Counted from the first letter of the whole stretch, positions 35,908-50,855 are shown. The stretch is DNA of 63,868 bases, filler included, from Octopus bimaculoides (GCF_001194135.2; 6 parts of 6 records of this genome joined end to end with filler, not necessarily neighbours in it), one strand, 5' to 3'. Numbers and translations are program-made. Notes: a model not told the origin generated them from the sequence alone.

Positions 35908-36393
35908 GTGTGGAAATCTGTGGGTGTGTTTGTTTGTGGCGTTGTTGTGTAACCCCTCCTACATCGTTTTATCGATTTTGATGAAAATTGACACGTGAGA
36001 ATAATTGATGCCTGAAAAACTAGTGACATACTTAGATTGTTGCAAAAGTCGATAGTAGAGCCCCTGGACGGGATTTTAATATCTACTACATATATGTAAT
36101 ATATTATTTTTAAACATCCAAGGGAAATAACCCACTCACTCCTGAGAGGGACTTTTATATATAGCTAAGGGAAATAGCTTATTCGTGTTCGTAAATTATT
36201 TCGTATAAATCAAATTGAGTATGCTTATTTCATAGTATTTGAACTATTTGAGTTATTTTCGGAATTTATCCAGTGCAAACCTTAAACAAGTAAATAGTAT
36301 TTTCCTAAACATTACATCTCACTTATTACGGTTAGTGACTTATTCACAAATATACAAATACTAGCACCACTGAGGTTAATATTCTCTGCGAAC

Positions 36394-36435
<42 letters not shown>

Positions 36436-37054
36436 GAATGTATGTATGTGTATATATGTATATATGTGTACCTATCAATTTGTGTGTATGCCTATGTGTA
36501 TATATTTTTGCATGTATGTTTGTATGAGTTGCATATATATATAAAGAAACCCGTTACAGTTTTATTTATAGCTACGAATTTTCTCAGTCAATGGGCTCAA
36601 AAGTTTTAAAACTAACATACATTTATATTAATTAATTATTCATTTATTTGCCATTAATTAATCTAATCTGGGCATGCATGATTTCTTTTTGACACAAAAA
36701 CGTTCCAGCTCAAAGTTTTCTTCGATTTTATACAACGCGATATTTATGTAAACTTATTTTAATTTTTTAATTTTAATTTAATCATTTTTTTTCATTTTCT
36801 ATTTGTATATGCATTGTCTCAATTTGCATAATCCTGAAAGACTGTTAGTGGAAACAACCAAATTCAAATGTGTATTTGTCAATTTGAATCCTATCAAAAT
36901 ATACATTATACGTACAATCACAGTTTTTATTTGATTCTTCATCACAGCTGTCCAACGAACGGGAACGCAAAAATCTGAGTAGCAATTTTTATTTATACAC
37001 TTGTGATATTTTTGTAGCTGTAACAATAAAGTACACACACACGCATACATGCAC

Positions 37055-37095
<41 letters not shown>

Positions 37096-37140
37096 CACGT
37101 GTGTGTGTCTGTGTGTGTGTGTGTGTGTGTGTGTAACCAT

Positions 37141-37498
37141 AGGCGTGGTTGTGTGATAAGAAGCTTTGCTTCTCAACCACATGATTACAGGCTCTGTCCC
37201 AATGCTTGGCATCTTGGCAAGTGTATTTTACTAACAATAGCCTTATTTCTTTATTCCTTTATGTATGTACATATATATTTATGTGTGTGTTTGCTTTTGT
37301 GTCTGTGTTTGTCCCCTCACTATCGCTTGAAAACCAATGTTGGCGTATGTACGTCCTCGTAATCTATCGATTCGGCAAAAGTACTTGGCTTACTAAGATG
37401 AAGTGCTGATTTCGACATCTTCGACTAAAAACCCTTGAATGCGGTGCTCCTGTATGGCCAATAGCCAAATGACTGAAACAAGTAGAAGAGTGAAAGAA
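37141..37498 (+). mobile_element. Decayed SINE family A
   Basis: Head, core and tail are recognisable. Confidence 0.75.
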
Positions 37499-38499
37499 TA
37501 TATGTATGTATGTATGCATGTATGTATGTATGCATGTATGTATGTACGTAGGTACGTGTTTGTGCGCGAGTGTGTGTGTGTGTGTGTATTATTTTATGAT
37601 TCCAGTGCAGGAGGCTATGCAGCAAGAAACAGCAAGAAGATTCTTTCAAGTCACACACTACCATTTCCAATACAGTTTCAGAGACACTACGTCTAAAAGG
37701 AAGTAGAGGCGATGGTCATGGTTGGGACACTTTAAATTCCTGATCGAATACAGCTGATCTAACGTTAAAGAACACCAACATCCACAACAAGGAAAATCCC
37801 CTGCAGTGAACGTGAACCTCGACTCATGCACTTCTAATCTCAATATCCTATTCGCTCCGATTATTTTCCTTCGACGTTAGCAGTCGTAATCACGTACAAG
37901 TGATACTCCAAAGACAGCAAAATTTCTTGATAAATATCAATAAAAGCTACATCACTAATGACTATAATGGTAAGCGTTTTCCTGTTGTTGCTATTAAAGC
38001 TCTGTCACGTGATATAATCCTGTTATGTCGGCTGACGAATCTTGGATCGATTTTCGCAAAGAAACGCCAAAATTGGCAGATATTTCCTCAGCAAAGTAAT
38101 TCTATTCTTTATTCCAAGTAACGTATCATAAATATATGTAAGTGCTGTGGAGCCGTATGTAAGCGACTGGCTGAAGATCTAGACTTAATTCTTCATCCGG
38201 TTTGAAACGACAGTTTGCTTTACATTGCTTTTAGTCAAGTTTGCTGTATCAAAATCCATTCCGAAAGATCAGCATACTTCCCTTCCGTCCCTCCCTCCAT
38301 TGCCATCTACACCTTTTTTCCCCATCAGTTATCGGGGACCTACAAAATTGTCACAGACGTTGATCTTCTGCATTTCGTAAACATTAAAAACAAAAGAACG
38401 CTTTAACAAATATCATCGTCTTCGTCTTCTTCACCACCACCGCCATAATCCTCGTTTTCCCTATCTTCATCCTCATCAGCATAAACAGCAGTTGCGGCA

Positions 38500-38584
38500 G
38501 CAGCAACGACATCATGATTATGACTATCATCGTCGTCCTCCACGGCATCATTGTCATCATCATCGTTATCATCATCATCATCTT

Positions 38585-38618
<34 letters not shown>

Positions 38619-38880
38619 GTCATCATCATCGTCATCATCATCATCATCTTAATCATCAACATCATCATCAACATCATCATCATCAACATCATCATCATCA
38701 ACATCATCATCATCAACATCATCATCATCAACATCATCATCATCAACATCATCATCATCAACATCATCATCATCAACATCATCATCATCAACATCATCAT
38801 CATCAACATCATCATCATCAACATCATCATCATCAACATCATCATCATCAACATCATCATCATCAACACCATCATCTTTA
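38500..38880. repeat. (CAT)n microsatellite with 13 perfect higher-order 15-bp units (AACATCATCATCATC)
   Basis: Read directly from the sequence; gives HHHHQ, IIIIN or MMMML in translation. Confidence 0.95.
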
Positions 38881-39140
38881 TAATTGGTCTTATATTTTGT
38901 CCGTGAAAGGATTATTAGCTATAATATTTCATCCATTTACCAATACCATTATGAATGTAATTACCCGTACTGACTTGAATTTGAAGATCAAAATTTAGCT
39001 GACAAAAGCTTATAACAACACAATGTCAAGCAACGTGGTCGGGCCGACTACCTGTTGATATTGTTTAACAAACCGTAGAAACTACAACACTAACAGCATA
39101 TGTAGCAGCAAAAACAACAGCAACAACAACAACAACAACA

Positions 39141-39172
<32 letters not shown>

Positions 39173-39177
39173 CACTA

Positions 39178-39226
<49 letters not shown>

Positions 39227-39293
39227 CACTACTACTACTATTACTACTGCTACTAATACTTTTTTTCGTTACATGATTTCCATAAAATCTTAC

Positions 39294-39323
39294 CTATGAA
39301 GCCTGCAAAGTGTCGGAATGCAC
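39294..39323 (-). CDS. Putative 30-nt phase 1-1 micro-exon (GAFRHFAGFI)
   Basis: Strong acceptor AATTTTCTGTATTTCACATTTCAG|, donor ATAG|GTAAGA, open frame. Confidence 0.55.
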   Translation of the reverse strand: MHSDTLQAS

Positions 39324-39534
39324 CTGAAATGTGAAATACAGAAAATTAACAAACTGTAGAATTACAAGCAAATCAATCACTTGTCGACGGCCGCAATGTG
39401 AAAGATGAAGTAACTTGCACTGTAAAATTAGATCTGACTGGGACTTTAAGTACTTTACTCAACCCCTTCTGATAGGTCTTTCGGCGTGAATATGTAAATG
39501 TATGTATAACATATATATACATATACATATACAT

Positions 39535-39636
<102 letters not shown>

Positions 39637-39904
39637 GTGTGTATGTATATTCTCTTTCTCCTTTTAATTTTAGAGTAAACTTTGACTGGTCACCTACTTA
39701 ATAGCAAGATTGTGAATGAAAGTATCTACTTTTAACCATCATCCTTGAAAACTTAATGTCTTCCATACTTTTATAGTCACACATATTGTGATCATTTGTA
39801 GCATATGAATAAAGGATTTGCATTCTCTCCCAAATTCCTCAGTTCAGCCATACTTTGCTCCAGACAGATTGGTATGTATTCTGTTGTTCCAAAAATAATA
39901 GGTA

Positions 39905-40355
39905 TGAAGATGACATTTTATCTTGGGCACTGAATTTCCTTATCAATAGTCCATAGATGTCCCCTTTCCCTCGTCCTTTTCTAACCACAATGGTGCCCAG
40001 GGAGCAGCTGATTTCCACAACTAAATATATATTTTCTTTGTGATCCCACACAATGATTCCTGGAGGGTTGTGCTTAACCTTGGTGGCTCTTTTAATTCTT
40101 AAGTTCCGCTAATATTCGTTTGACTCATCGGTCTCAATATAGTCAACATCGTTTGTAGGTATTTCCTTTTTTGTTATTTTGTTCCAGACCTTTTTGTCCA
40201 CGGCTTATGCCTCATGGGAGGATAATACATGGAAGACATTGTCTAGCAGTTGGCAATAATGTGGTTGATGTCTTAAGTCTTAGTCTTGCAAAACCTACAT
40301 TTGCTCTCTCCCAAAATTTTCGGCATTTTATGCTGGAGGCACCTGGTAGGTGTTT
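39905..40355 (-). mobile_element. RLE-type non-LTR fragment (zinc knuckle plus endonuclease)
   Basis: CRFCKTKT*DINHIIANC and KHNPPGIIVWDHKENIYLVVEISC. Confidence 0.75.
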
Positions 40356-43278
40356 CCTATATTTTAATTGCATATATGTAGCCTTCGAGGTGGAATGTCA
40401 TAAACAAATCGGTACTCCATGCCAAGCTGTTGACATGATCAGTCCCTTCTATGGCTTATGTATGTATGTATATATGTATGTATGTACGTATGTATATATA
40501 TATATATGTATATGTGAGTCTTTGAGATTTATTTTTAGACTTCTTTCAAAGCAGAATTCAAGCCGGTCAGTAGCATAGTGGTAAGATACATTTGTTATAT
40601 CAAGACAGATTTGTGGTTCGAAATTGCTTGACGTATGTATGCGTGTCTTGATGTTGAGTATATATGGATGCGTGTGTATAAACTTGCGTCTGTGGGCGCG
40701 CGTGTCAGAATAAAACACAAGTTGGTATGTTCCACTACCGTTTACGTGATATATATATCTCATTTGTAAAAGTCGGTAATATATTTAAGAAAAATAGTCA
40801 TTTTTCAAATATATATTTCCTCATCAGCCAAGTGTAGCCTTTAGGCGGAGCAAAAATGTAAGAGAACTACTAACCAATATTTTACTTATTTTATTCTATT
40901 GACATAAGAAAGCTGAAAGTCAAAGTCGATTTCTGCGCGATTTGAGTTTAAAATGTAAAAATCAATAACTTAAAACTTTCAAATCATTTTGCTCGAAACT
41001 TAATAAAAACCCGAAGCATTTCAGTGAGAGCGTATAATCGATTACATCGACACCGATGGCGAATGATTAATTATCATAGCATGTCCTTGTCAAGACATTA
41101 AACTACATCTGGTGATCATTTTCGAGTTCAGGAGCCCAGAAATTTGAGAAGTATCGATTATCTCTAAGTAATCACTTCTCACAAGTCATCTCTGCTCAGG
41201 TGTAGCCTCACCATTTGGGTCTCAAACGGAGAAAAACGGTCTTGTGACTGAATCATACAGAACTTTGAAGAGGAGTAGACCTAGACAGGCGTCATGCAGT
41301 CCTACCGGTGTGTACATAGCTTGATAACACCTGAGCACATTCCTCTTCTCTAAGGATTGAATAAGCTCGGTGCTTCAATAGTAAGTTCGGGTTAGGACTA
41401 GACTACCAGACTGAACTGTATATAAATAGCCATTCCAAGCAAAATCTTTAATGATCGGACTCTGTCAAGGAGATCCATAATTGTCGGTGCTTGTAACACA
41501 GGCGACGCACATGAACAAAGAGAATCATACAAGAGCTACTGCATTCTATGATAGAACAGTCGTCAACTAGAGAAGTAGCATAAATACACTCTTACTTTCG
41601 TGTGTAGTGAGTAGTTGGACACTGAGATTACAAAAATAAAGCACTTTTACAAAGGTGGATGAACCCAAGAAGTAGTAAACAGTTATCCAGAGACCTACAA
41701 ATGGAGATGGGGTGTCATATTAAGTCTTTTGGGTACAGCAATGGTGTCTGTCTCGGAAACCACTACACCCGATAATTATATCACTGGGACACACAGAAGA
41801 GAAAAGTCTAGTCATGACTGTGTGGAGCACATAAGGTACTATTTATGAGGGGAATGTCTCTTTACTTAGTATATTGCTAGGAATTATTTATTTTGTAAAA
41901 GAAAGACTATTTTTCTAAGAAGGAAGGTTGAAAAATCAAATTTTACATCAGTGAGATCAGAACGCCAAACGTAAAGTTTGCGATTATACGTCGTTAAGTC
42001 ATTATCGTCAGGCAATCAAATGTTTCTGCCGATATCACAACCTTATATCAATGCCTGAAACAAATTCTTACACCGCTTCCATAACATTCTAATGACAAAC
42101 GGAAAATTGTTTGATTAATCGCTTTTGATGCACAGACTGATATGCATAGATATATACATACAAACATACATACAACTAGAAAAACACACAAAGAAACAGA
42201 GAGACATATATACATTCAAGCATACAGACATATAGACAGATGTGTCTGAATATATAAACATACAAAAATGTACACATATATATATATATACGTATATATA
42301 TATATATATATGTATATATATACACACATTTGTTATTCTTATATATATATATATATATANNNNNNNNNNNNNNNNNNNNNNNNNNNNNNNNNNNNNNNNN
42401 NNNNNNNNNNNNNNNNNNNNNNNNNNNNNNNNNNNNNNNNNNNNNNNNNNNATATGCACACACATATCAACATTTATATATATATATATATGCACACACA
42501 TATCAACATTTATATATATATATATATGCACACACATATCAACATTTATCTTATATACAAATCTATACACATTAATATATTTATATGTGTATGTAAATAT
42601 ACATCTATATATCCATACATTAATATATGCATACATAAATAAACACACACACATATATGTACATACGTATGTATGCATATTTGAATGCATGCATATATAC
42701 ATGTATATTTATATGCATGTATGCGTATGAATGTATGTAAATGAAACACTTTCACATTTATGTGTGCATGTATATATATATGCAAAATATATACATATAC
42801 ACATACAGTCATATATGCATATGCATTTATTCATTGCTCTATTCTGATTACAATATCGCTTTATCACCAAGAATACAAATTATGAACGTTTCCTCCAACA
42901 CAATCCAAAGCACGTTCCAAAAATAAACTTCTTCCCATTTTCTTTGAAAGACGCAAAATCTTTGGAAGATTTCCAACTATAAAACTTATTCAGTTGGTTG
43001 TCAGAATCTTAGCAATCTCGTTTATGGAAGAATGGTGTAAATGAATTCAGCGATAATCGAACGCGAAACTATTAAATTTATAGGCGTTAATTAACTTCAT
43101 TTACATTTGTTGCGCCTTTATACTATACGCAGAATAGAAAGTGTCGACTCTGAAAGTTTAACGCTATCAGTCGGTAAGTAAACTCGATTATTTCGAATGT
43201 TTCTGTAGCAATTCTTCAATGGATATTATGTATGCATGTATGGATGTATGTGTGTGCATATATACACACACTTGTGTG

Positions 43279-43322
<44 letters not shown>

Positions 43323-43371
43323 TACATATATATATACATACATATATATTTAGATAGATAGATAGAAAGAT

Positions 43372-43683
43372 ATGTACCCGGGCTGTTGCTATAACTACGA
43401 AGCTAAAGCAAGCAGAGTGAAGCTGCTTGACACAGATTGACTTTGAATTCTGCTGTGACCTCTAAGTTTCAACGTTCTAGCTCACTTCCGTTGTTTACAG
43501 CAGTTCTTGGAAGGAAGGGATGTAGCGTGTGACCGTCGCATTGACCATACCAGAAAAAGTTATAATGGCGATATCTGCTTAGATGCCTACACAATGTTGC
43601 AGAAAGTATTTGGAGAAGAATGAATGAGCCGCACACAAGTGTACGAGTGATTCAAACGTTTTCAAGATGGCCGAAAAAATGTC
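43372..43683 (+). mobile_element. Mariner 5' fragment, same family as 24069-24612
   Basis: DAYTMLQKVFGEE*MSRTQVYE*FKRFQDGRKNV. Confidence 0.8.
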
Positions 43684-44178
43684 GTAAATATCGTTGCTAT
43701 TATGTTAAACTGTCGTATGTCCAAATTTGGCCGCATGCGAATTTTTTTTTTTTCAATATTTAATTTTGCTTGCCAGTTCTTTTGGTCAACTTATCGTATC
43801 TCCAGCTGCTTCGGATGCCAAAATATGAAAATTGCCAAAGTGTAGCACAGGGGTTTAGCTCTTTTGAAAAATGTAGAAACTCCCACATAAGACAGTTTTG
43901 CAAACATATTTTTGGATGAAAACATCATAGATGCATAGAGTTATGATCTTATGTAACCAACAAAGTATCATTGTTAAGCTGATATTGTTGATAATGTAAA
44001 AAGAAATGGAATGGTGAAATTATTTTTTCGTTTTCTGAGAAAGCAACGTTTTGGGCAACAATATATATTCGAAGATATGCAAGAGATTATCTCGAATGAT
44101 TGTGTAGGAATATCAATGGATATTATGTATGAATGTATGTATGTATGTATGTATGTATATATGTGTGTATAGATAGAT

Positions 44179-44212
<34 letters not shown>

Positions 44213-44339
44213 GGACGTACAGAGATATAAGTATACATGTAGATGTACATTTATATACATGCGTACCAAATACAACACACAGGAACACACACACACACAC
44301 ACGTATATATATGTAGATATATCTATATACATACACACT

Positions 44340-44390
<51 letters not shown>

Positions 44391-44678
44391 CAATATACAA
44401 ATACGTGGGTGTATATAGAAGTATATATTCATATAATTATGCATATGTAATTGTTATGTGTTGATGTCTACGTATTTATATATACATACATGCATACATA
44501 CATACTTCCGTCCAAACATCCATCTATCCATATGTACATACATACATACATGAACAGATGCAATATATATTTATAACATTTATAACGTTATAAATATAAC
44601 ATATCAAGATAATGAGTTTGAACCTAATTATTCCCTTTATCTACAATTACACAAAGTTACATATGCGTATTCATACGC

Positions 44679-44712
<34 letters not shown>

Positions 44713-44956
44713 NNNNNNNNNNGTATGATTGTGTATAGAAGAATATATTATTTTGTTTAAGAGTTCCAACTCTGTCTGTTTTTTATGTTTTATTTATATT
44801 CCTGCAAAACCAATGTGGGATATAGAATATGGAATATACAATATATAATATAAAAATGGATGGTACAATGAAATAAAGTATTGAATGTCTTATTGAATAT
44901 ATGGAATATGTCTTATTGAATATATGGAATATGTCTTATTGAATAGATGAAATATT

Positions 44957-45076
44957 GAGTGTTCAATATAAAGGATTAAATATATAAAGGCTTTTACGTA
45001 TTTTCTATACCTTGTGGTATTTCATCATGGCCGGTATGACAGCCTTTATATATTTAATCCTTTATATTGAACTCTC
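44957..45076. mobile_element. 120-bp MITE-like palindrome
   Basis: 35-bp inverted repeats, 34/35 identical (GAGTGTTCAATATAAAGGATTAAATATATAAAGGC). Confidence 0.7.
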
Positions 45077-47159
45077 CTGCGACATTTTTGCCACATACCA
45101 TATTGAACTGTGATCTCTCAATTCCGAGTGTTGGCTCCAGTTGGAGCGCTTCTCTGATTTCTGCGCAAATAATTCTTTCGTGTAACGTACACATATTATT
45201 TTACTTTATATTATATTATATTATATTATACTATATCATATACATCATATCATATTACTCGTGTATATATNNNNNNNNNNNNNNNNNNNNNNNNNNNNNN
45301 NNNNNNNNNNNNNNNNNNNNNNNNNNNNNNNNNNNNNNNNNNNNNNNNNNNNNNNNNNNNNNNNNNNNNNNNNNNNNNNNNNNNNNNNNNNNNNNNNNNN
45401 NNNNNNNNNNNNNNNNNNNNNNNNNNNNNNNNNNNNNNNNNNNNNNNNNNNNNNNNNNNNNNNNNNNNNNNNNNNNNNNNNNNNNNNNNNNNNNNNNNNN
45501 NNNNNNNNNNNNNNNNNNNNNNNNNNNNNNNNNNNNNNNNNNNNNNNNNNNNNNNNNNNNNNNNNNNNNNNNNNNNNNNNNNNNNNNNNNNNNNNNNNNN
45601 NNNNNNNNNNNNNNNNNNNNNNNNNNNNNNNNNNNNNNNNNNNNNNNNNNNNNNNNNNNNNNNNNNNNNNNNNNNNNNNNNNNNNNNNNNNNNNNNNNNN
45701 NNNNNNNNNNNNNNNNNNNNNNNNNNNNNNNNNNNNNNNNNNNNNNNNNNNNNNNNNNNNNNNNNNNNNNNNNNNNNNNNNNNNNNNNNNNNNNNNNNNN
45801 NNNNNNNNNNNNNNNNNNNNNNNNNNNNNNNNNNNNNNNNNNNNNNNNNNNNNNNNNNATATATATATAGGCACATAAGGTACTTGGGCAGTGATTTAAA
45901 ATGTTCATCTTTTGCATGTTGGCAGAGATCTGCATGTGTTTGAATCGATCCATACACCCGATTGCAACTTATCTTATCTATCCTAGAAGACAAAGTTGAC
46001 AATCGTACAGTTTCAACTCACAACTGAAAGATTCGGACGGTAATCGCAAGTGTATTTTCCCCGATGTTCTTAGAAATCTGCTACTATTTGAGCCAATTTG
46101 TCGAACGAGTAATAAATCAAAATTAGTAAAACTAGTGAACGAACGGAAAGTAGTAGAAAGTAGATTAAAACATTAAAAGCATAACAGTTATTGTTTCGGT
46201 CTAAGTGATATAACAGAAATTCACGTAAGACCAGAGTTGATGTTCAGGATTACAGCGGACAGTTCCCTTCGGGTTTTGATATATAGACTCTTGTTCAGTA
46301 AACCTTTTATGAAATCTCTTTTTGTGGTCAAACAATACGCAACGATTATTTCATTACCTTGTTAGTGATCTCATTACCGAATTTCTAGAAGGCGAACAAC
46401 ATACCACTAATGTTGTTTCTTCCCAATACACCCACTGGATTTAAAAACCAACAAGGTGAACTTTGCCTGTTAACCTTCCGGGGTCGATAAAATGAATACC
46501 AGTTGAGCAATTACTGGCCTTCTGCCAACGTTTGAAACTACTATTTAGCTCCTCGTCTCTCTGAACTTAACAAACTTATTATTGAAAGTATTCTAGTCCG
46601 GACCATCTTGGCATTATAAATTATGGTAGTCTGCGACAATTTTCACGTCTCAATTTTCTAGACTGATTCTATATATTTCCCAAATACTGAATTTAAGTCT
46701 GGAATTCATTTTCTCTGATCAGTTGAAGCATTTATCAATTTTTTTTTTATTATAAATAGCGGTTTTGTTTCCAACATATTTTTATTTGTAAATGAATAAC
46801 AAAGTAATCTTCTAAAGAAGCTATACAAATTAATTAATTGATTCATTGATTAATTAATTAATTAATTAACTAAATTATTAGATAAAAACGTCAGAATATA
46901 CATACAGAAATCGCTGGCGGCAGTTTTACTATGGTGGGGTTATCTTCATTAGTCTATCAATGCTATTTCCGACATTATATTAAGAGGATTGGTGAAACTG
47001 TGCGTGCGGTGCCAGTGTGTGTGTGTGTGTGTGGGAGGGGTTTCCATTTCCTCTACTTTTTAAATCTGGTGCAAATGTCTTAACCATAAACAGAAAATGC
47101 AAAACTGCCTAATTACTAGCCTGAAAATTACTCAGTTTGTAAAATGACGTTACCACGTC

Positions 47160-47760
47160 CAGTTTAGAATCAGATTGGGAGACCAAGATAAACGTTTCGC
47201 TTCTCATACATGTCGATCGTGAATTGAAAATTTAAAATGGAGTAAAAAGGATATGACGTCCTTATCTTTTGGTAATAGAGTAGAGAGAAAAGATGTATCA
47301 CAGGAGTGATTTGTAGGTTTGTATGACTATCTAACAGAGTCACCTCATATGTAAAAGATGTACAGAAGCATTTTATCTGTATGATATTAGCTGGTGTAAA
47401 TAATAACAAACACCATGCTAGATATGCCGATGTCTCTTCTATCACAAGGCTGATACTTCTTCGTCCAAGAGTTGGTAAAAAGCAAAGATGCAGTGTCGTT
47501 GGTTTTATAGAAGGCAGTGGAGCTGAGCTTTATGATATAAACTTCACACCGTTCTTTTTAACCACCAAACATCAATAAGATCAAACAAAATCTAAATCCT
47601 TCACTACCAGAATTAATTAGGAATTTAAGCTCATCAAAACGGTCTGCTCAGATTCTTGTTTCATGTTTTGGTTAATGCAGTTTACCTGCACCAAAATGAC
47701 ATGGTTCTGATATCACAAAATAGATGAAGAGTTTCAAAAGTTTTCTTATTACACGTTAAT
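47160..47760 (+). mobile_element. Decayed Chapaev-like transposase
   Basis: IRLGDQDKRFASHTCRS*IENLKWSK matches the N-terminal LGDQDKxWAPHxxCxxC motif; later RNLSSSKRSAQILVS and DEEFQKFS. Confidence 0.6.
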
Positions 47761-47827
47761 AATTTATCAGTTATTGCAGAAGAATTGGGCTGTAGTTGAA
47801 TCCTTAGGTTTGACTTACAATCTAGAG

Positions 47828-48080
47828 TAGTGGTTCTCAACCGGGGTCCGTATAGCCCTTGGGAGCTGTATTTAACATTTTGTGGTTAAAACTAATATGC
47901 AATAACCTGGTTATATTTCTACAGTGTACAAAATATTCAAACATTTACAACTCTTTATAATATTGAATCATAAATTTTATAACAGTAATTTTTAGACTCG
48001 GATGGCTATGTGGGTTCCTCCACTCTGAGTAAAATAGGTATGAAAGGGGTCCATAGGCAAGAATTGGTTGCTAACCACTG
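47828..48080. mobile_element. hAT (Charlie-like) MITE
   Basis: Termini (T)AGTGGTTCTCAACC and GGTTGCTAACCACTG, in a TCTAGA target context. Confidence 0.7.
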
Positions 48081-49454
48081 TTCCAGCAGAGTGTGAACAG
48101 GAGAGTCGACGTGTAGAAACTTCATAGCCGTATTTCTAAAGGGCTCTGATGATAAATTTCGCATGTATTTCTGTTGTGCATTCAGTTCAATTAAACGAGA
48201 ATTATGTGAATATTAAAATCTCAATGATTTGCAGCACAACTGGAAGATTTAAAGGTTAAAAATATTAAGATATCATTCTATGTATATTTTTCAGGTATTA
48301 CACTTTCCTTATATATCAAATTTAAATCATTTACCTCATATTTAATCTTTATTTTATTTCTTTTCAGTGTGGGCCCATCATTTTAAGAATGCAACGTAGT
48401 TACGCCCAATTTCCGGGTCTTCTTCGTTTGCGCTATAGTAGAAAAGGTTGCAAAATATATGAAAATGTGAATGCTCATCACGACTAGCCCTTTAACCTGA
48501 TTCTTATAATGTGGTTGTAGAACCGCTCATTAATCTTCGCTAAATATGCAACCACCTTTTTTTTTTCATAGCAGAGATGTATAAGTCAGTGATGTCAAAT
48601 TGTACGAAAGCACTTTTTGATGGCTTTTACATGGAAGCCTAATGAAACGTGAACAACTGGGAAAAGAAATAATTGATACAGAGAGGAACTCACGAAAAGT
48701 ATTTAAATCAGATATGCATGATTTTCTGGAAAGTATCAAAGTTCAGAATACATTCAAATTGTTGAAGAATTCAAATATTAATAGTTTTAAGTATCTTGGA
48801 GTATGATATCAACATACTTTTTATAGTTTTATTCCATGTATTTTTGAAAAAGTGGATTTATGAGATTATTGCTCCTCTAATACACCAACTGGAAAATTAA
48901 TGGTTCACTGTTTTATTAGAATAATTCGAAGAGACCACGAGGACATCAAATAATCAAATACAAAGCAATTATATACATAAAAACATAGAAAGTTGGACAC
49001 ACGACTGGCTGATTAAAGAAATGAATGGGCAGGTGGCTGGCTCACTGGCTTACTGGATAGATGGTTGGATGGAAGGATGGATGGATGGATGGATGGATGG
49101 ATGGATGGATTCGCAGAATCTGTTTACGGTGAAAACATTGATACTATAAACACAAACATAAAACGGACAAAGCATAAAATGACTGCATGATATCATGATG
49201 TATCACTTTTTAGAAAAAGTGAAACATCAGAGTTTCTATAATGTTCATCTCAACTCTTCGGCCTACAAGGATGAGACACGAAATCATGCTTCCGAGAAAG
49301 TAGAAGAAAACATGTTGAATACGCTATCTTCATGTTAGCAATGTTTTGCTGATGACCAGCATATGCATGTAATTCTAGGCCGTTTTATATGTGCGAGTCC
49401 TTATCTGCATGTGTCTGAGTATGAAAGTCTGAATGAGCAAAAAGCTTATTTCAC

Positions 49455-49579
49455 TATCACGTGGTTTCGAGGTCAGTTCCACCGCGTAGCACTTTGAGCA
49501 AGAGACTTCTAGTATAGCCCCGGCCTGACCAAAGAGTTGTGATTGGATTTTGGTAGATGAAAACTGAAAGGATCCCGTC

Positions 49580-49674
<95 letters not shown>

Positions 49675-50070
49675 TGTATATACGTTTATGCATGTATGCA
49701 TGTATATATGTATGTATGCTTGTGTGTGTATATGTGTGTATGTATATGCAATCCTACTGCGTGGCACCTTGGGGAAGTATCGTTTACTATAGCCTCGGGC
49801 CGACCAAAGCCTTGTGAGTGGATTTGGTAGACGGAAACTGAAAGAAGCCCGTCGTATATATATATATATATGTGTGTGTGTGCGTGTGTGTGTATGTGTG
49901 TGTGTGTGTCTGTTTGTCTGTGTTTACGTCAACGTAATTTAGCGGTTCGGCAAAATAGACCGATAGAATAACTACTAGGCTTATAAAGATTACGTCCTGG
50001 GGTCGATTCGCTCGACTATAGGCTGTACTCCAGCATGGCCGCAGTCAAATGACTGAAACAAGTAAAAGAA
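49455..50070 (+). mobile_element. SINE family A with a duplicated 5' half
   Basis: A diverged 5' half (49455-49577), a microsatellite, then a second core and tail (49750-50070). Confidence 0.8.
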
Positions 50071-50822
50071 AATGTAAACATATATATATAGTTATGAATG
50101 GATTATATTTTCCGAAGCCATGCAAGAAAGGTAGTAGTAGTAGTAGGAGGAGGAGGAGGAGGAGGAGGAGGAGAAGGAGAAGAAGAAGAAGAAGAAGAAG
50201 AAGAAGAAGAAGAAGAAGAAGAAGAAGAAGAAGAAGAAGAAGAAGAAGAACAACAACAACAACAACAACAAGAAGAAGAGAAATTTATAGTATTGTTTTC
50301 TGCAGGTTGATTAAAAGAAAATTACTTGATGAATAAGAGAAATTAATTAAATTTTCAGGGTAAAAATTAAAATGACAGAGAAAATAGGAGAGAGAGGGTG
50401 GGAAGCGAGGGTGACAGAGAGAAAGTGAGAAAGAGAGGGACTGGGAGAGGGAGACAAGTGAGAGAGACTGGTAGTGAGAGAGACTGAAAATGAGAGAGAC
50501 TAAGATTGAGAGTGAGAGAGAGAGAGAGAGAAGAGACGCTGATGGATTCATAGAAACTGAAAGAAGAAAAAGAGATAGAAATGAAGAAACGTAGAGAGCG
50601 TTGGATTAGAAATTCATAGACAGAGAAAGAAAAGAGAGAGTAAAACAGGACGAAAAGAATGGAAAAGTGAGAAAAAATGATGAGAAAAGTGTTTTTCGGT
50701 TTCAGGAAGAATGTGATGAGGNNNNNNNNNNNNNNNNNNNNNNNNNNNNNNNNNNNNNNNNNNNNTTAATTAATTAANNNNNNNNNNNNNNNNNNNNNNN
50801 NNNNNNNNNNNNNNNNNNNNNA

Positions 50823-50855
<33 letters not shown>

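Noticed and set aside
40187-40345. Plus-strand exon-like segment with a good acceptor and donor (ORF 40171-40578)
   Set aside because: It is the antisense of an RLE-type LINE fragment.
50049-50336. Poly-Arg and poly-Gly/Glu/Gln ORFs
   Set aside because: Compound (AGT)(AGG)(AGA)(ACA) microsatellite.
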